A DNA stretch of 64,000 bases. Source: Salpingoeca rosetta (lineage: Eukaryota > Protista > Choanoflagellata). Location: NCBI GenBank assembly GCA_033442325.1, contig JAWQFM010000018.1, positions 179,598 through 243,597 of the forward strand, read 5' to 3'. Below, in pieces: positions 53,330-64,000 of this stretch; within the stretch, counting starts at the first letter, position 1, and each line of letters begins with the position of its first letter. A model generated the notes under the pieces. That model saw only the letters and a list, made by a program, of their open reading frames with translations, made no database searches and had not been told where the DNA came from. The position numbers were made by a program, and so were the translations under genes.

Positions 53330-54400
53330 CGTTCCTGTCCCCACCTCAACGGCCGTCTCGACTTGGCGTTGGCGGGAAGCAATGTCGGCAAGGGCACCAC
53401 TGGAGGCCAGCTCCGATGGCAAGGGCGTTGTTGCACCACCACCAACGCCAGCGCCATTGCTCTGCTGCCGGAGCGCAGCCGCCTTCACCACGTCCACTTG
53501 CAGCTGATGCAGGTCGTGCATGAGCTGGAACTTGAGGTCCGAGATGCGCCGCTCCGTTCGCTGTTCCAACTGCAGACGGCGGAGCTGCTCCTGAAGAGCA
53601 ATGTCCCGTCCACGACGACCGTCCCGGCCATGGCGCGACGACGAGATGGACGGCATCCGGCTTCGCTTATGCTGCTTCTGGAGCTTGCGCAGGTGCTTGG
53701 AGAGCTCCTGCATGGTTGTCTTGACGCGCTTCATGTCACGCTGCACGGCAGGGTCGTCGCCATACTGCGCCGCCTCGCCCTGAAGCTTGAGCATCTGCCC
53801 ACGCAAGTCTTGCAGCTGTTGCCTGAGCTCATCCATTGCAGCATCCACGTTGCTGCTGGCTGCAGAGGTGTTTAGCATGGAGTCGTCCAGCGACGTGGCA
53901 GACGTCAGGCGGCTGTCGGCCGTGCTTGCGTACGACCGCATTGATGCGGTGCGCGGTATGCGGCCCTTCTTCCACCATGCTGCTGGCATGCGCGGCATTA
54001 CCGTGTGCTGGTGATAGCCGGGCCCGAAGCGAGGGTCGTCCAGCTGCGTCGTCCAAGTGTTGTGGTTGATGAAATACGTGCCAACTGCCGGGTCGTACGC
54101 CATCTCCCACCCAAGAGGGAGCTCGCCGTCACTGCACTCCTCAAACCTCTCTGGTCGACGCCACATATCGCGTGGATCCACCCAGGATGTCGTTTGTGTG
54201 TTGTGGTCCACAAAGTACCGCTGGCCCGTGCGCTTGTCCATGCGCACTTCCCAGTTGGCGGGCAAATCCACCACATCCCCCTGGCGTTGTTGCTTCCGTT
54301 GCTTCCGCTGCGAAGCATGACGACCTCCGCCAGCAGCGCGCTTCCAGCCATCCACCCCAGCGCTCACAGGCGTCGCGGCACTGTCCCGTCGCGCGAGCAT
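51035..54400 (-). CDS. WWC1: Kibra/WWC-family Hippo pathway scaffold (2 exons: 54400-53344, 52768-51035)
   Basis: Tandem WW: [63 protein letters not shown], with the Kibra-type inter-WW linker. Coiled coils follow. C-terminal [21 protein letters not shown] parallels Kibra WLREDERFRLLL..SFREKMAFF. Confidence 0.85.
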
Positions 54401-55121
54401 GCTTTCACCGTTGAACGTGCGATTGTGGTGATGGACGTGCGGGTGGGGTTGTGATTGCGGTGGTGTGTTGTGCTTGCGGCGGTGGTGTGTTGTGGTTTCG
54501 TGTCGTTGGTGGTGGACAGAGAACTTGCAATGTGCACGCGAAAAACCGCGGGAACGCAGAGTGAAGGGGTGTACAACCAGGGTTAGTTGTGTGTGTGTGT
54601 GAGGTGTGAGGTGTCCTTGTGCTTCTTGTGTGGTGTGACCTATGAGTTGTTTAATGCAGAGCAGCTGTGCTTGTGACAAGAGCTTGGCTTGAAGCGGAAG
54701 GGTCGAAGGATACCTTGGAGAGCTGAAGCAACAAGGCAGAGAAAGAAATACTGCGCAAGGAATAAGATCATGCTGGGATTGCACAGGGTCACTAGTGGAT
54801 GGAGACACTGACACACACACAAAGGCGCCAATGCGCATGACACACAGGCTTCTGTCGAGACACAGGCTACAAGACACAGCGCGAACAAAAGGCAAGCCAA
54901 TGTGCACACAGAACGAGGAAGAAAAACGACAGCGGGTCTCGTGTATGCATGTAACTGTGTGTGCTTGCCGCTTATGTGAGGTCAAGCTACGCAACCGCAT
55001 AGACATCAACAAATCGACGCACATGACACAAGCACACAACACACACACACATACGTACACAGCACACGCACAAAGACACACAGCACACACAGGCACACAT
55101 ACACACACACATACACAGAGA

Positions 55122-56312
55122 TCACCACTGACGGGCCGTCTTGAGGTGTTGGACAAACTGCCGGAGCTTGTCGTTGGCCAAGGTTTGCTTAAGGTGGGCA
55201 CGATGCAGAGCTACAGCGTACTTGGTGTCGCGTGGGTTGGCGCCAAAGCACTCACGCAAGCTGCGTTCATACTCTTCCTCGTACACAGCACGGGACAGCG
55301 TGCGCTGCAGGGGCGAGCGCACGAGCTCGGGCACAAAGGCCGGAGTCAAGTGCTTCTCGCGCAGAAACACAACGTCGTCCGTGTTGGTGTTGGCGCCGTC
55401 CAGCCAGAGCGTGAAGCACGCGCGCGGTTTGCTTGCCTTGAGCACGCGATGCAGGATCCTGTCCGATCGGAAGATGACCGTGCGGTTCTCCAGCGGCGGG
55501 ATCACCTGCGGCTTCCCCAGGAACGGCGCCAACATCAGTTCGCCGCCATCCCCTTGCTGCCAGTTTGCGTTCAGGTACACGAGCACGGTCAGGAGCCGCT
55601 TGTTCGGGGGCGCGGGGTTGTCGTAGTGATATGGGAAACAGCCGCCCGTGCCATCGTTGTATTGCAGCTTCAATGTGAAGGTGCTAAACTGCTGGTTCTT
55701 CTGCAGCTGCTCTTGCTGTTCTCCACTCGAACGCGCATCATCATCCGTGGCTGCCGTTGGGTCTCTTGCATTCTTGTTGTCTGGGTCCTTACTCTGCTCT
55801 CCCTCGGCCGATTCCGTGTGCTTGGTGACCTTGTTGGCTGTGCCGCGCTCCTGTGTTGTTGAGCTGTGCGTGGCGTTCGTGGACGTCGCAGGCACCTCGG
55901 TGGCTGCTGTGCACGGTGCAGCCGGCGGTCGTGCGTCGGGCTCCAGGGCGACGTCGAACCTTGTCGCGAGACAGCTCTGCAGCTCAGCCACGGTGTGGAA
56001 CAGCTGGTCAAAGCCCGGGCACGCCTGCCGCCGCTGATCATGGTGCATGTCTGCTTCAAAGATGCCGGGCTTTGTGAGCCTAATGGGACCAGAGCCCGTG
56101 GCGAATTGGACCTGATTCGGCTCCATGCAATCCGCCGCATGCAGGGCCTCAATCTCGTTCCTCAGCTGCGCCACTTGCGCGGCCGGCCAGGCATCGTCAA
56201 CCACCGCAAACCCTCGCTCCTCAACCTCCGCCAACACGCCGCCACCACCACATGGCGTGTGGTCTTCGGCCGCAGCGGCTTTCGTCAGCGCTTCCACGAG
56301 CCCACTCCACAT
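55122..56312 (-). CDS. 2OG-Fe(II) oxygenase, PHD/EGLN-like prolyl-hydroxylase fold, intronless
   Basis: GFAVVD; CFPYHYDNP (HxD); RLLTVLVYLNANW..GGEL; IPPLENR..FRSDRILHRV (distal His); PRACFTLW (2OG Arg). First in-frame ATG is at 56312. Confidence 0.85.
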   Translation of the reverse strand: MWSGLVEALTKAAAAEDHTPCGGGGVLAEVEERGFAVVDDAWPAAQVAQLRNEIEALHAADCMEPNQVQFATGSGPIRLTKPGIFEADMHHDQRRQACPGFDQLFHTVAELQSCLATRFDVALEPDARPPAAPCTAATEVPATSTNATHSSTTQERGTANKVTKHTESAEGEQSKDPDNKNARDPTAATDDDARSSGEQQEQLQKNQQFSTFTLKLQYNDGTGGCFPYHYDNPAPPNKRLLTVLVYLNANWQQGDGGELMLAPFLGKPQVIPPLENRTVIFRSDRILHRVLKASKPRACFTLWLDGANTNTDDVVFLREKHLTPAFVPELVRSPLQRTLSRAVYEEEYERSLRECFGANPRDTKYAVALHRAHLKQTLANDKLRQFVQHLKTARQW

Positions 56313-56413
56313 TGTGCTGTCGCTTAGCAAAATTAACGCCCGCTTTGCTTCTTGTTGTGCTTTTTTGCTTTGCTTTTTTGCTTGCAAGCAAGCAACTGTG
56401 ACGATTTGATGAC

Positions 56414-58077
56414 ATGAAAGTCGCGGTGCTGAGCGGGTTCCTTGGAGCGGGGAAGACGACGCTCCTGCGTCATCTCCTCAGCCAGAAGAGCACCATGAAG
56501 GACGCGCGCATGTAAGTCCAAGTGCTCTCACACAGCAGCACGTATGATGAGACATGGAGACATGTGCCTGCTGCAAAGTCTTGCTGTGCGCGGTTTGGTG
56601 TATCTGTGGTCTCGTTCCTGTCTGTGTACAGGTGTACTCTCCGTGATTTTCTGCTGTTGCAGGTGCGGTTGTCTGGTTGTGCAGCCCTGCTACACTTGTG
56701 CTTGGCTGCTTTCCCATCACAAGATCACACAACCACAGCTCAACTCACCCTCCTCTTCCTTCACCCCTTGCACACTTGCACACGCCAGGGCGGTGATTGT
56801 GAATGACATGGCAAGCATGAACGTGGATGCGGAGCTTGTGAAGAATGGCGTCGTGACGGAGCTGAAGGAGGATCAGCCAGAGTTGGTGCAGCTGCAGAAC
56901 GGCTGCATCTGCTGCACCTTGCGTGTGGACCTGCTGCGTGCACTGGCCAAGCTGGCGCGCTCGAAGCACTACGACTACTGCATCATTGAAAGCACCGGCA
57001 TCTCCGAGCCCATCCAGGTAACCCATAGCGGAGCTTGTGTGCATGTGTGCGCGTGCGTGTAAGTGTGCATGCGTGTGTATGTGTACTGTGTGCGTGCTGT
57101 CGCTGCTGTCGCTGCTGTATTTGGTGTGAAAGCTGCTGCGTTGCTTAGTGGCTGTGGGTTGTCACCTTGTTGCCTGCTTGTGTGCCCGCTCTTCACTCAT
57201 GCGCAACCTTACACACACACACACACACGCGGGCACTGCAGGTGGCGGAAACGTTCATGTTGATGGCCAGCGCTGCAAGCGATGATCCGGAGGCAAAGGA
57301 GATGGTGCAGGAGGCAGGGCTTGAGGAGCTCACGGATCTCATCTTGGCGGAGAAGCCAGAGGACAGGCTGGCACACATTGCGCAGCTGGACGCGTGCGTC
57401 ACTGTCATTGACGCCTTCAACTTCCTCCAGACCTTTGAAGATGACAGGTCTGTGTGTGCGTGTGGTGTGTGTGTGTGTGTGCGTGTGTGTGGTGTGTGTG
57501 TGTGCACATGCGTGGTGCGTGTGTGTGTGTGCGTGTACATGCAACGTTTGTTTCATATGCTTCAGATGCAAGAGACATATCCAAGCATCCAACTGTCCAC
57601 GTGTCGCTGCACAATCAATGCTGCCTTCCATCAGCTCACCACCACGCACTGCTGATGCAATTGCTGTGGTCCCACTGACACTGCACGCACATACATACAG
57701 GGTTGTGGGCGACGTTGAGGAGGGCGAAGGGTTTGAGGACGATATGCGCACGCTGACAGACCTGATGGTGGATCAAGTTGAGTTTGCAGACATCATCCTG
57801 CTGAACAAGACGGACCTTGTGGATGGGGCGACGCTGAAGCGCATCAGGGGTGTCATCACGCAGCTCAATCCCGGCGCAAAGCTTGTCACCACGCAGCACT
57901 CGCGCGTTGACCCGTCCCTCGTCCTCAACACGGGCCGATTTGACTTTGCACAGGCCATGACCCACGCAGGTTGTCTTGTGTGTGATCAGTGTGATATGTG
58001 GGTGTGTATGTATGGCTTGTGTGTGTGTGTATGGCTTGTGTTTGTGTGTGTTTGCTTGTTATGTATGTGTTTGTGCT

Positions 58078-58118
<41 letters not shown>

Positions 58119-59717
58119 CAAATGTTTTGTGGGATGCGTGCTTGTGCATATCAGACTCACCACCGCCACCACAACACCACCGCTACTTCTACCGTCATGT
58201 CATTATCATGGCACCACCCACCAACCNNNNNNNNNNNNNNNNNNNNNNNNNNNNNNNNNNNNNNNNNNNNNNNNNNNNNNNNNNNNNNNNNNNNNNNNNN
58301 NNNNNNNNNNNNNNNNNNNNNNNNNNACAACAGGGTGGCTGAAGAGCCTGCAAGGGGAGGTGGTGCCCGAGACGGAAGAGTATGGCGTGTCAAGCTTTGT
58401 GTACCGTCGACAGCGGCCGTTCCACCCACAGCGGTACGTACGATGCATGTGGATGTGGATGTGGATGTGTGGATGATGGGTGTGTGTGGATGTGGATGTG
58501 GATGTGGATGTGGATGTGTGATGTGTGTGTGTGGATGTGTGATGTGTGTGTGTGGATGTTTGTGTGTGTGTGTGTTTGACTGCGTGCGCTCGTAGCACGC
58601 CTGCGGACGAGAGCCATGCCTTCACACACACACACCAGCCTCGCTCATCTCATATTACCGTATCTCCATGTCTTGCTCTGCATCACTGTGACTGTGTACG
58701 CACAGATTGCACGACTTGCTTGCGTCTGCGTTCATTCTTGAGGGCGAAGCAGCAGAAGCAGATGAAGAAGGCATGGAAGCAGGCCAGGGCGACGAGGGTG
58801 AGCGTGCGGATGCTGATGCCAAGAACGCCGACACCAAGGACAACAAAGACGACAGCGATGCGAGCGATGAGAGCGATGAGAGCGACAAGGGTGTTCAGGA
58901 TGCGCGTGTGCGTGCACAAGCACGGAAGCAAGAGAGCGTGTTTGCTGGGACGTTGCGGTCCAAGGGATTCTTCTGGCTCTCCACGCGACAGCACCTGATG
59001 GGAGAATGGTCCCAAGCCGGGCTAATGATGTCGCTTGGGAGCAAAGGTGCGCCCATCGTGCTTGTTTTCCATGTGTATTTGTATGCGCATGTGTGTGTAA
59101 CTACACGTGCGTGCATGCTTTACACGACGCCACCTTGTTCTTGCGTGCTGTGTCCACTGTCACACTTGACGTCGCCAAGCGATCGCACACACAGACGATC
59201 ACACACTGTCACGCCTTCACGCCTTCACACACACCCACACACACACACACACACTCTCTCTCTCTCTCTGTGTCTCTCCCTGATTGCAATGGCAGGGCCG
59301 TGGTTGCGAGACATGGAGCCTGACATGGTTGCGCTCTTTGATGATGAGAAGGTGAAGCAGGACCTGGGCGAGAACAACGACGACCGGCGGCAGGAGCTGG
59401 TGTTTATTGGGGCGCCACTGAACCAGGCGCAGCTTGAGCAGGCTCTGGACGCGTGCCTTGCCACCGACGAGGAATGGCAGGAGGCCGAGCAGCAGGAGGA
59501 GCTCGAAGCTTTGGACGCAGCTCACAGCCATCACAGTAATCACAGTGGGAGAACCGAAGCATCGGTACCGCAAAGGCGCATACATGATCCTTTTCCACCT
59601 TGGGATCATGAGCATAATGCTAATGAACCTGAGACTGACGACGATTACAGTGATGGGCGATCTGAGGCACCGCAGGACCCTAGTTCTGCTGTGTTTGAAG
59701 ACGAGGAGCGCTTCTAA
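56414..59717 (+). CDS. COG0523/CobW-family G3E GTPase metallochaperone (YciC/ZigA-like)
   Basis: [27 protein letters not shown] (CxCC), [62 protein letters not shown]. Confidence 0.93.
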
Positions 59718-60863
59718 TCATACGAGACTTGAAGCCTGTTGGAACTGGTTTATTGGTGGCTCTGTTGCTCTCCTCTGCATCCTTGGCTTTTGGTCCAATC
59801 CCCTCGTTTGAGTGCTCACCATCCTTTTACCAGGACTTGTTCTCAAGTTGACTCGTCCTTGCATGCCCTCCGGTCGCTGCTCTGGCGCGTCGTGCTGTGC
59901 CTTGACTGCCTCTTTCTTTATTTCTGCCTCTCTGAGCGAGCTGTTGCCTTCTCACAGTGACCTCTCTCCCTCTTCTCTCACTCACTCACTCACTCACTCA
60001 CTCACACACACACCCACTCTCTCTCTTTTTTTTCTCTCTCTCTCTCTCACACACACACACACTGTCCCTTCTGTGCCTGTGCCAATGCCTGCAGTGTGTC
60101 ACCGTGCTTTCCTGGTCCAAGATCGCTCATAAACGACTGACTGTACAGTGTGTGCAAACCGCTCCCAATCTTCGCCGGCGTGGCTCCATCTATCCATGAA
60201 CATGTACATGCTACTCTACACGCGACCCAGAATCTGCACAGACCAGTGTTTGCGAAAAGACGTGGTGTGAAGGTGGTGTTGAGCAGTACTTCTCTTGTGG
60301 TGTGTCCTCAAAGTATGCATGTTGAAGCTGTTGTCGAGGTTTTGTTGTGATGTCACTCGTGTTCATTGGTGGTTTGGAAGACTCGACAGAGAGAAAGAGA
60401 AAGCTGTGCGGGCAGATAGCGCGAGTGGACTGTTGTCAACACCGCGTGGTTGCCATCACAGGAGTAAACAAGAAGTGGGAAACCCAAGTACCGGAAACTA
60501 GCACGAGGCTCTCAATCCAACACCCCTTCAAACGCCATACAAAGAGACAAGCACATGATGCAGAGTGGACGACAGACACACGAGACAATCACAACGCATA
60601 AACCATTAGGAGTTGGTTGAGGTAGACCCTGCTGTGGGCCTGTCGTCATCAATTGGAGTCGTGGCGACCATGAGAAGGGTTAACCAGTCAGGGTCACTAG
60701 GTATTCGCCGTGAGGTCTGGATGTTGCTGTGTCTGTCGGGTGACTGGCGTCGGAGAGGTCGTGTAGCCATGGAGAAGAATGCAAGCACATGTTGATGTAT
60801 GGCAGTTCGTTTTCGTGTCGTTCGGACCAGGTCATGCCGGTGTGTGCTGTTGCTGTACGCAAT

Positions 60864-61242
<379 letters not shown>

Positions 61243-61687
61243 NNNNNNNNNNNNNNNNNNNNNNNNNNNNNNNNNNNNNNNNNNNNNNNNNNNNNNNNNN
61301 NNNNNNNNNNNNNNNNNNNNNNNNNNNNNNNNNNNNNNNNNNNNNNNNNNNNNNNNNNNNNNNNNNNNNNNNNNNNNNNNNNNNNNNNNNNNNNNNNNNN
61401 NNNNNNNNNNNNNNNNNNNNNNNNNNNNNNNNNNNNNNNNNNNNNNNNNNNNNNNNNNNNNNNNNNNNNNNNNNNNNNNNNNNNNNNNNNNNNNNNNNNN
61501 NNNNNNNNNNNNNNNNNNNNNNNNNNNNNNNNNNNNNNNNNNNNNNNNNNNNNNNNNNNNNNNNNNNNNNNNNNNNNNNNNNNNNNNNNNNNNNNNNNNN
61601 NNNNNNNNNNNNNNNNNNNNNNNNNNNNNNNNNNNNNNNNNNNNNNNNNNNNNNNNNNNNNNNNNNNNNNNNNNNNNNNNNNNNNNN

Positions 61688-63685
61688 TCTGCCTCAACGT
61701 GTCCATATGGGCGTGGGCGTTGTGGGCCGCATGGTGTTCTGCTCTGCCCCAACGTGTCTATACTGGTGTGGTCGTTGTGGGCCGCATGGTGCTCTGCCTC
61801 AACGTGTCCACATCGGTGTGGACGTTGTGGGCCGCATGGTGCTCTGCCTCAACGTGTCTATATGGGCGTGGTCGTTGTGGGCCGCATGGTGCTCTGCCTC
61901 AACGTGTCCATACCGGTGTGGCCGTTGTGGGCCGCATGATGCTGTGCTTTTGCCTCAACGTGTCCATATGTGCTTGGTCGTTGTGGGCCGCATGGTGCTG
62001 TGCTGTGCCTCAACGTGTCCATGTCGGTGTGGTCGTTGTGGGCCGCATGGTGTTCTGCTCTGCCTCAACGTGTCCACATCGGTGTGGACCTTGTGGGCCG
62101 CATGGTGCTCTGCTCTGCCCCAACGTGTCCACATCGGTGTGGACGTTGTGGGCCGCATGGTGCTCTGCCTCAACGTGTCGACATCCGTGTGGACCTTGCG
62201 GGCCGCATGGTGCTCTGCCCTGCCCCAACGTGTCCACATCGGTGTGGACGTTGTGGGCCGCATGGTGCTCTGCCTCAACGTGTCGACATCCGTGTGGACC
62301 TTGCGGGCCGCATGGTGCTCTGCTCTGCCTCAACGTGTCAATATGTGCTTGGTCGTTGTGGGCCGCATGGAGCTCTGCCTCAACGTGTCCACATCGGTGT
62401 GGTCGTTGTGGGCCGCATGGTGCTCTGCTCTGCCCCAACGTGTCCATACCGGTGTGGCCGTTGTGGGCCGCATGGAGCTCTGCTTCAACGTGTCCACATC
62501 GGTGTGGCCGTTGTGGGCCGCATGGTGTTTCTGGCTCTGCCTCAACGTGTCAATATGTGCTTGGTCGTTGTGGGCCGCATGGTGTTCTGCTCTGCCCCAA
62601 CGTGTCCATACTGGTGTGGCCGTTGTGGGCCGCATGGAGCTCTGCTTCAACGTGTCCACATCGGTGTTTGGCCGTTGTGGGCCGCATGGAGCTGTCCTTG
62701 CCTCAACGTGTCCACATCCGGTGTGGCCGTTGTGGGCCGCATGGTGCTCTGCTCTGCCCCCAACGTGTCCATACCGGTGTGGTCGTTGTGGGCCGCATGG
62801 AGCTCTGCTTTCAACGTGTCCATACCGGTGTGGTCGTTGTGGGCCGCATGGTGTTCTGCTCTGCCTCAACGTGTCCATATGGGCGTGGGCGTTGTGGGCC
62901 GCATGGTGTTCTGCTCTGCCCCAACGTGTCCATACCGGGGTGGGCGTTGTGGGCCGCATGGTGCTCTGCCTTGCCCCAACGTGTCCACATCGGCGTGGAC
63001 GTTGTGGGCCGCATGGAGCTGTGCTTTGCCTCAACGTGTCCACATCGGTATGGTTATGGGTGTGGGCCGCATGGTGCTGTGCTGTGCCTCAACGTGTCCA
63101 TGTCGGTGTGGTCGTTGTGGGCCGCATGGTGCTCTGCTTTGCCTCAACGTGTCCACATGTGCTTGGTCGTTGTGGGCCGCATTCTGCTCTGCCTCAACGT
63201 GTCCATACCGGTGTGGGCGTTGTGGGCCGCATGGTGCTCTGCTTTGCCTCAACGTGTCCATATGTGCTTGGTCGTTGTGGGCCGCATGGTGCTGTGCTTT
63301 GCCTCAACGTGTCCATACCGGTGTGGCCGTTGTGGGCCGCATGGTGCTGTGCTCTGCCTCAACGTGTCCATACCGGGTGGCCGTTGTGGGCCGCATGGTG
63401 CTGTGCTCTGCCTCAACGTGTCCATACCGGTGTGGCCGTTGTGGGCCGCATGGTGCTGTGCTTTGCCTCAACCTGTCCATGTCGGTGTGATCGTTGTGGG
63501 CCGCATGATGCTGTGCTCTGACTCAACGTGTCCATACTGGTGTGGTCGATACGGGCCGCATGGTGCTCTGCCTCAACGTGTCCAAATCGGAGTGGTCGGT
63601 GTGGGCCGAATGGAGCTCTGCTCTGCCTCAACCTGTCCAGATGTGCTTGGACGTTGAGAGCCGCATGATGCTCTGCCCAACCAGA
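61688..63685. repeat. Minisatellite of 50/55-bp units (~35-40 visible copies), degenerate at the right end
   Basis: Consensus GCCTCAACGTGTCCA(CATCGGTG)TGGNCGTTGTGGGCCGCATGGTGCTCT(GCTCT). Unit starts at 62121, 62171, 62226 and 62276 show the 50/55 spacing. Confidence 0.95.
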
Positions 63686-64000
63686 CAGACCGTTGTGCTC
63701 GTTTCAATCCGCTTGATGCTTTGCTTTGATTAACGATTTCATAGGGGCTAGATCGGAGGGGACCCGGCTGAGCTATAGACTCACCCAGTCTCTAAGTAAT
63801 GGGTCTGTAGATTCTGAAACGCACAGAACAAACATCAACTATAAGATATCGAGTTAATCAAAGACAAAACGCTGTAACTCAGACGAACCTCTAAACAGAA
63901 AATAATAGAGCGGGAGTGTAATAGGCTAGCCTTATTATGGTACTAAAATAACGGTTTTTATTGATTGTAGGTAGCGGACAGATTAAAAAGCAAGTAGCTA

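Noticed and set aside
54600-55120. N-terminal extension of Kibra implied by the 712-aa ORF (53063-55201)
   Set aside because: It is microsatellite-like, non-coding-looking sequence overlapping the oxygenase 3' end. ATG 54400 fits Kibra's N-terminal WW position.
60100-60860. Possible gene or transposon remnant after CobW
   Set aside because: Only short ORFs with no recognisable motifs or terminal repeats.
61688-63685. CRISPR-like array (palindromic repeats plus AT-rich flank)
   Set aside because: The variable parts are a few recurring ~8-nt alleles, not unique 25-45 nt spacers. No cas genes are present and the context is eukaryotic.

Overview
This is an intron-rich, ~55-60% GC eukaryotic draft-genome segment with six N-gaps. 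Introns are packed with (GT)n/(CA)n microsatellites, which create most of the spurious ORFs in the six-frame track. The style and gene content suggest a choanoflagellate such as Salpingoeca; this is an inference. Manual exon stitching gives about 17 genes: TTC9-like TPR protein, SRPRB, RPP21, a large WD40 protein, a PTTG1IP-like fragment, a triple-SH2/SAM adaptor, a DOT1-like methyltransferase, GPR89, ferroportin, HAUS4, ZSWIM2, RAD54B, ALG14, a GPI-anchored Cys-rich protein, Kibra/WWC, a PHD/EGLN-like 2OG-Fe(II) oxygenase and a COG0523/CobW GTPase. The window ends in a (TAG)n tract, a gap, a ~2 kb 50/55-bp hairpin minisatellite and an AT-rich tail. The main observations are six tight head-to-head gene pairs (including an oxygenase/metallochaperone pair 101 bp apart), introns polarised 5'-GT...AC-3', a C2-less Kibra, an SLP-76-like adaptor and the hairpin repeat array. 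Gene identities come from recalled family motifs, not database searches, and exon boundaries are approximate.
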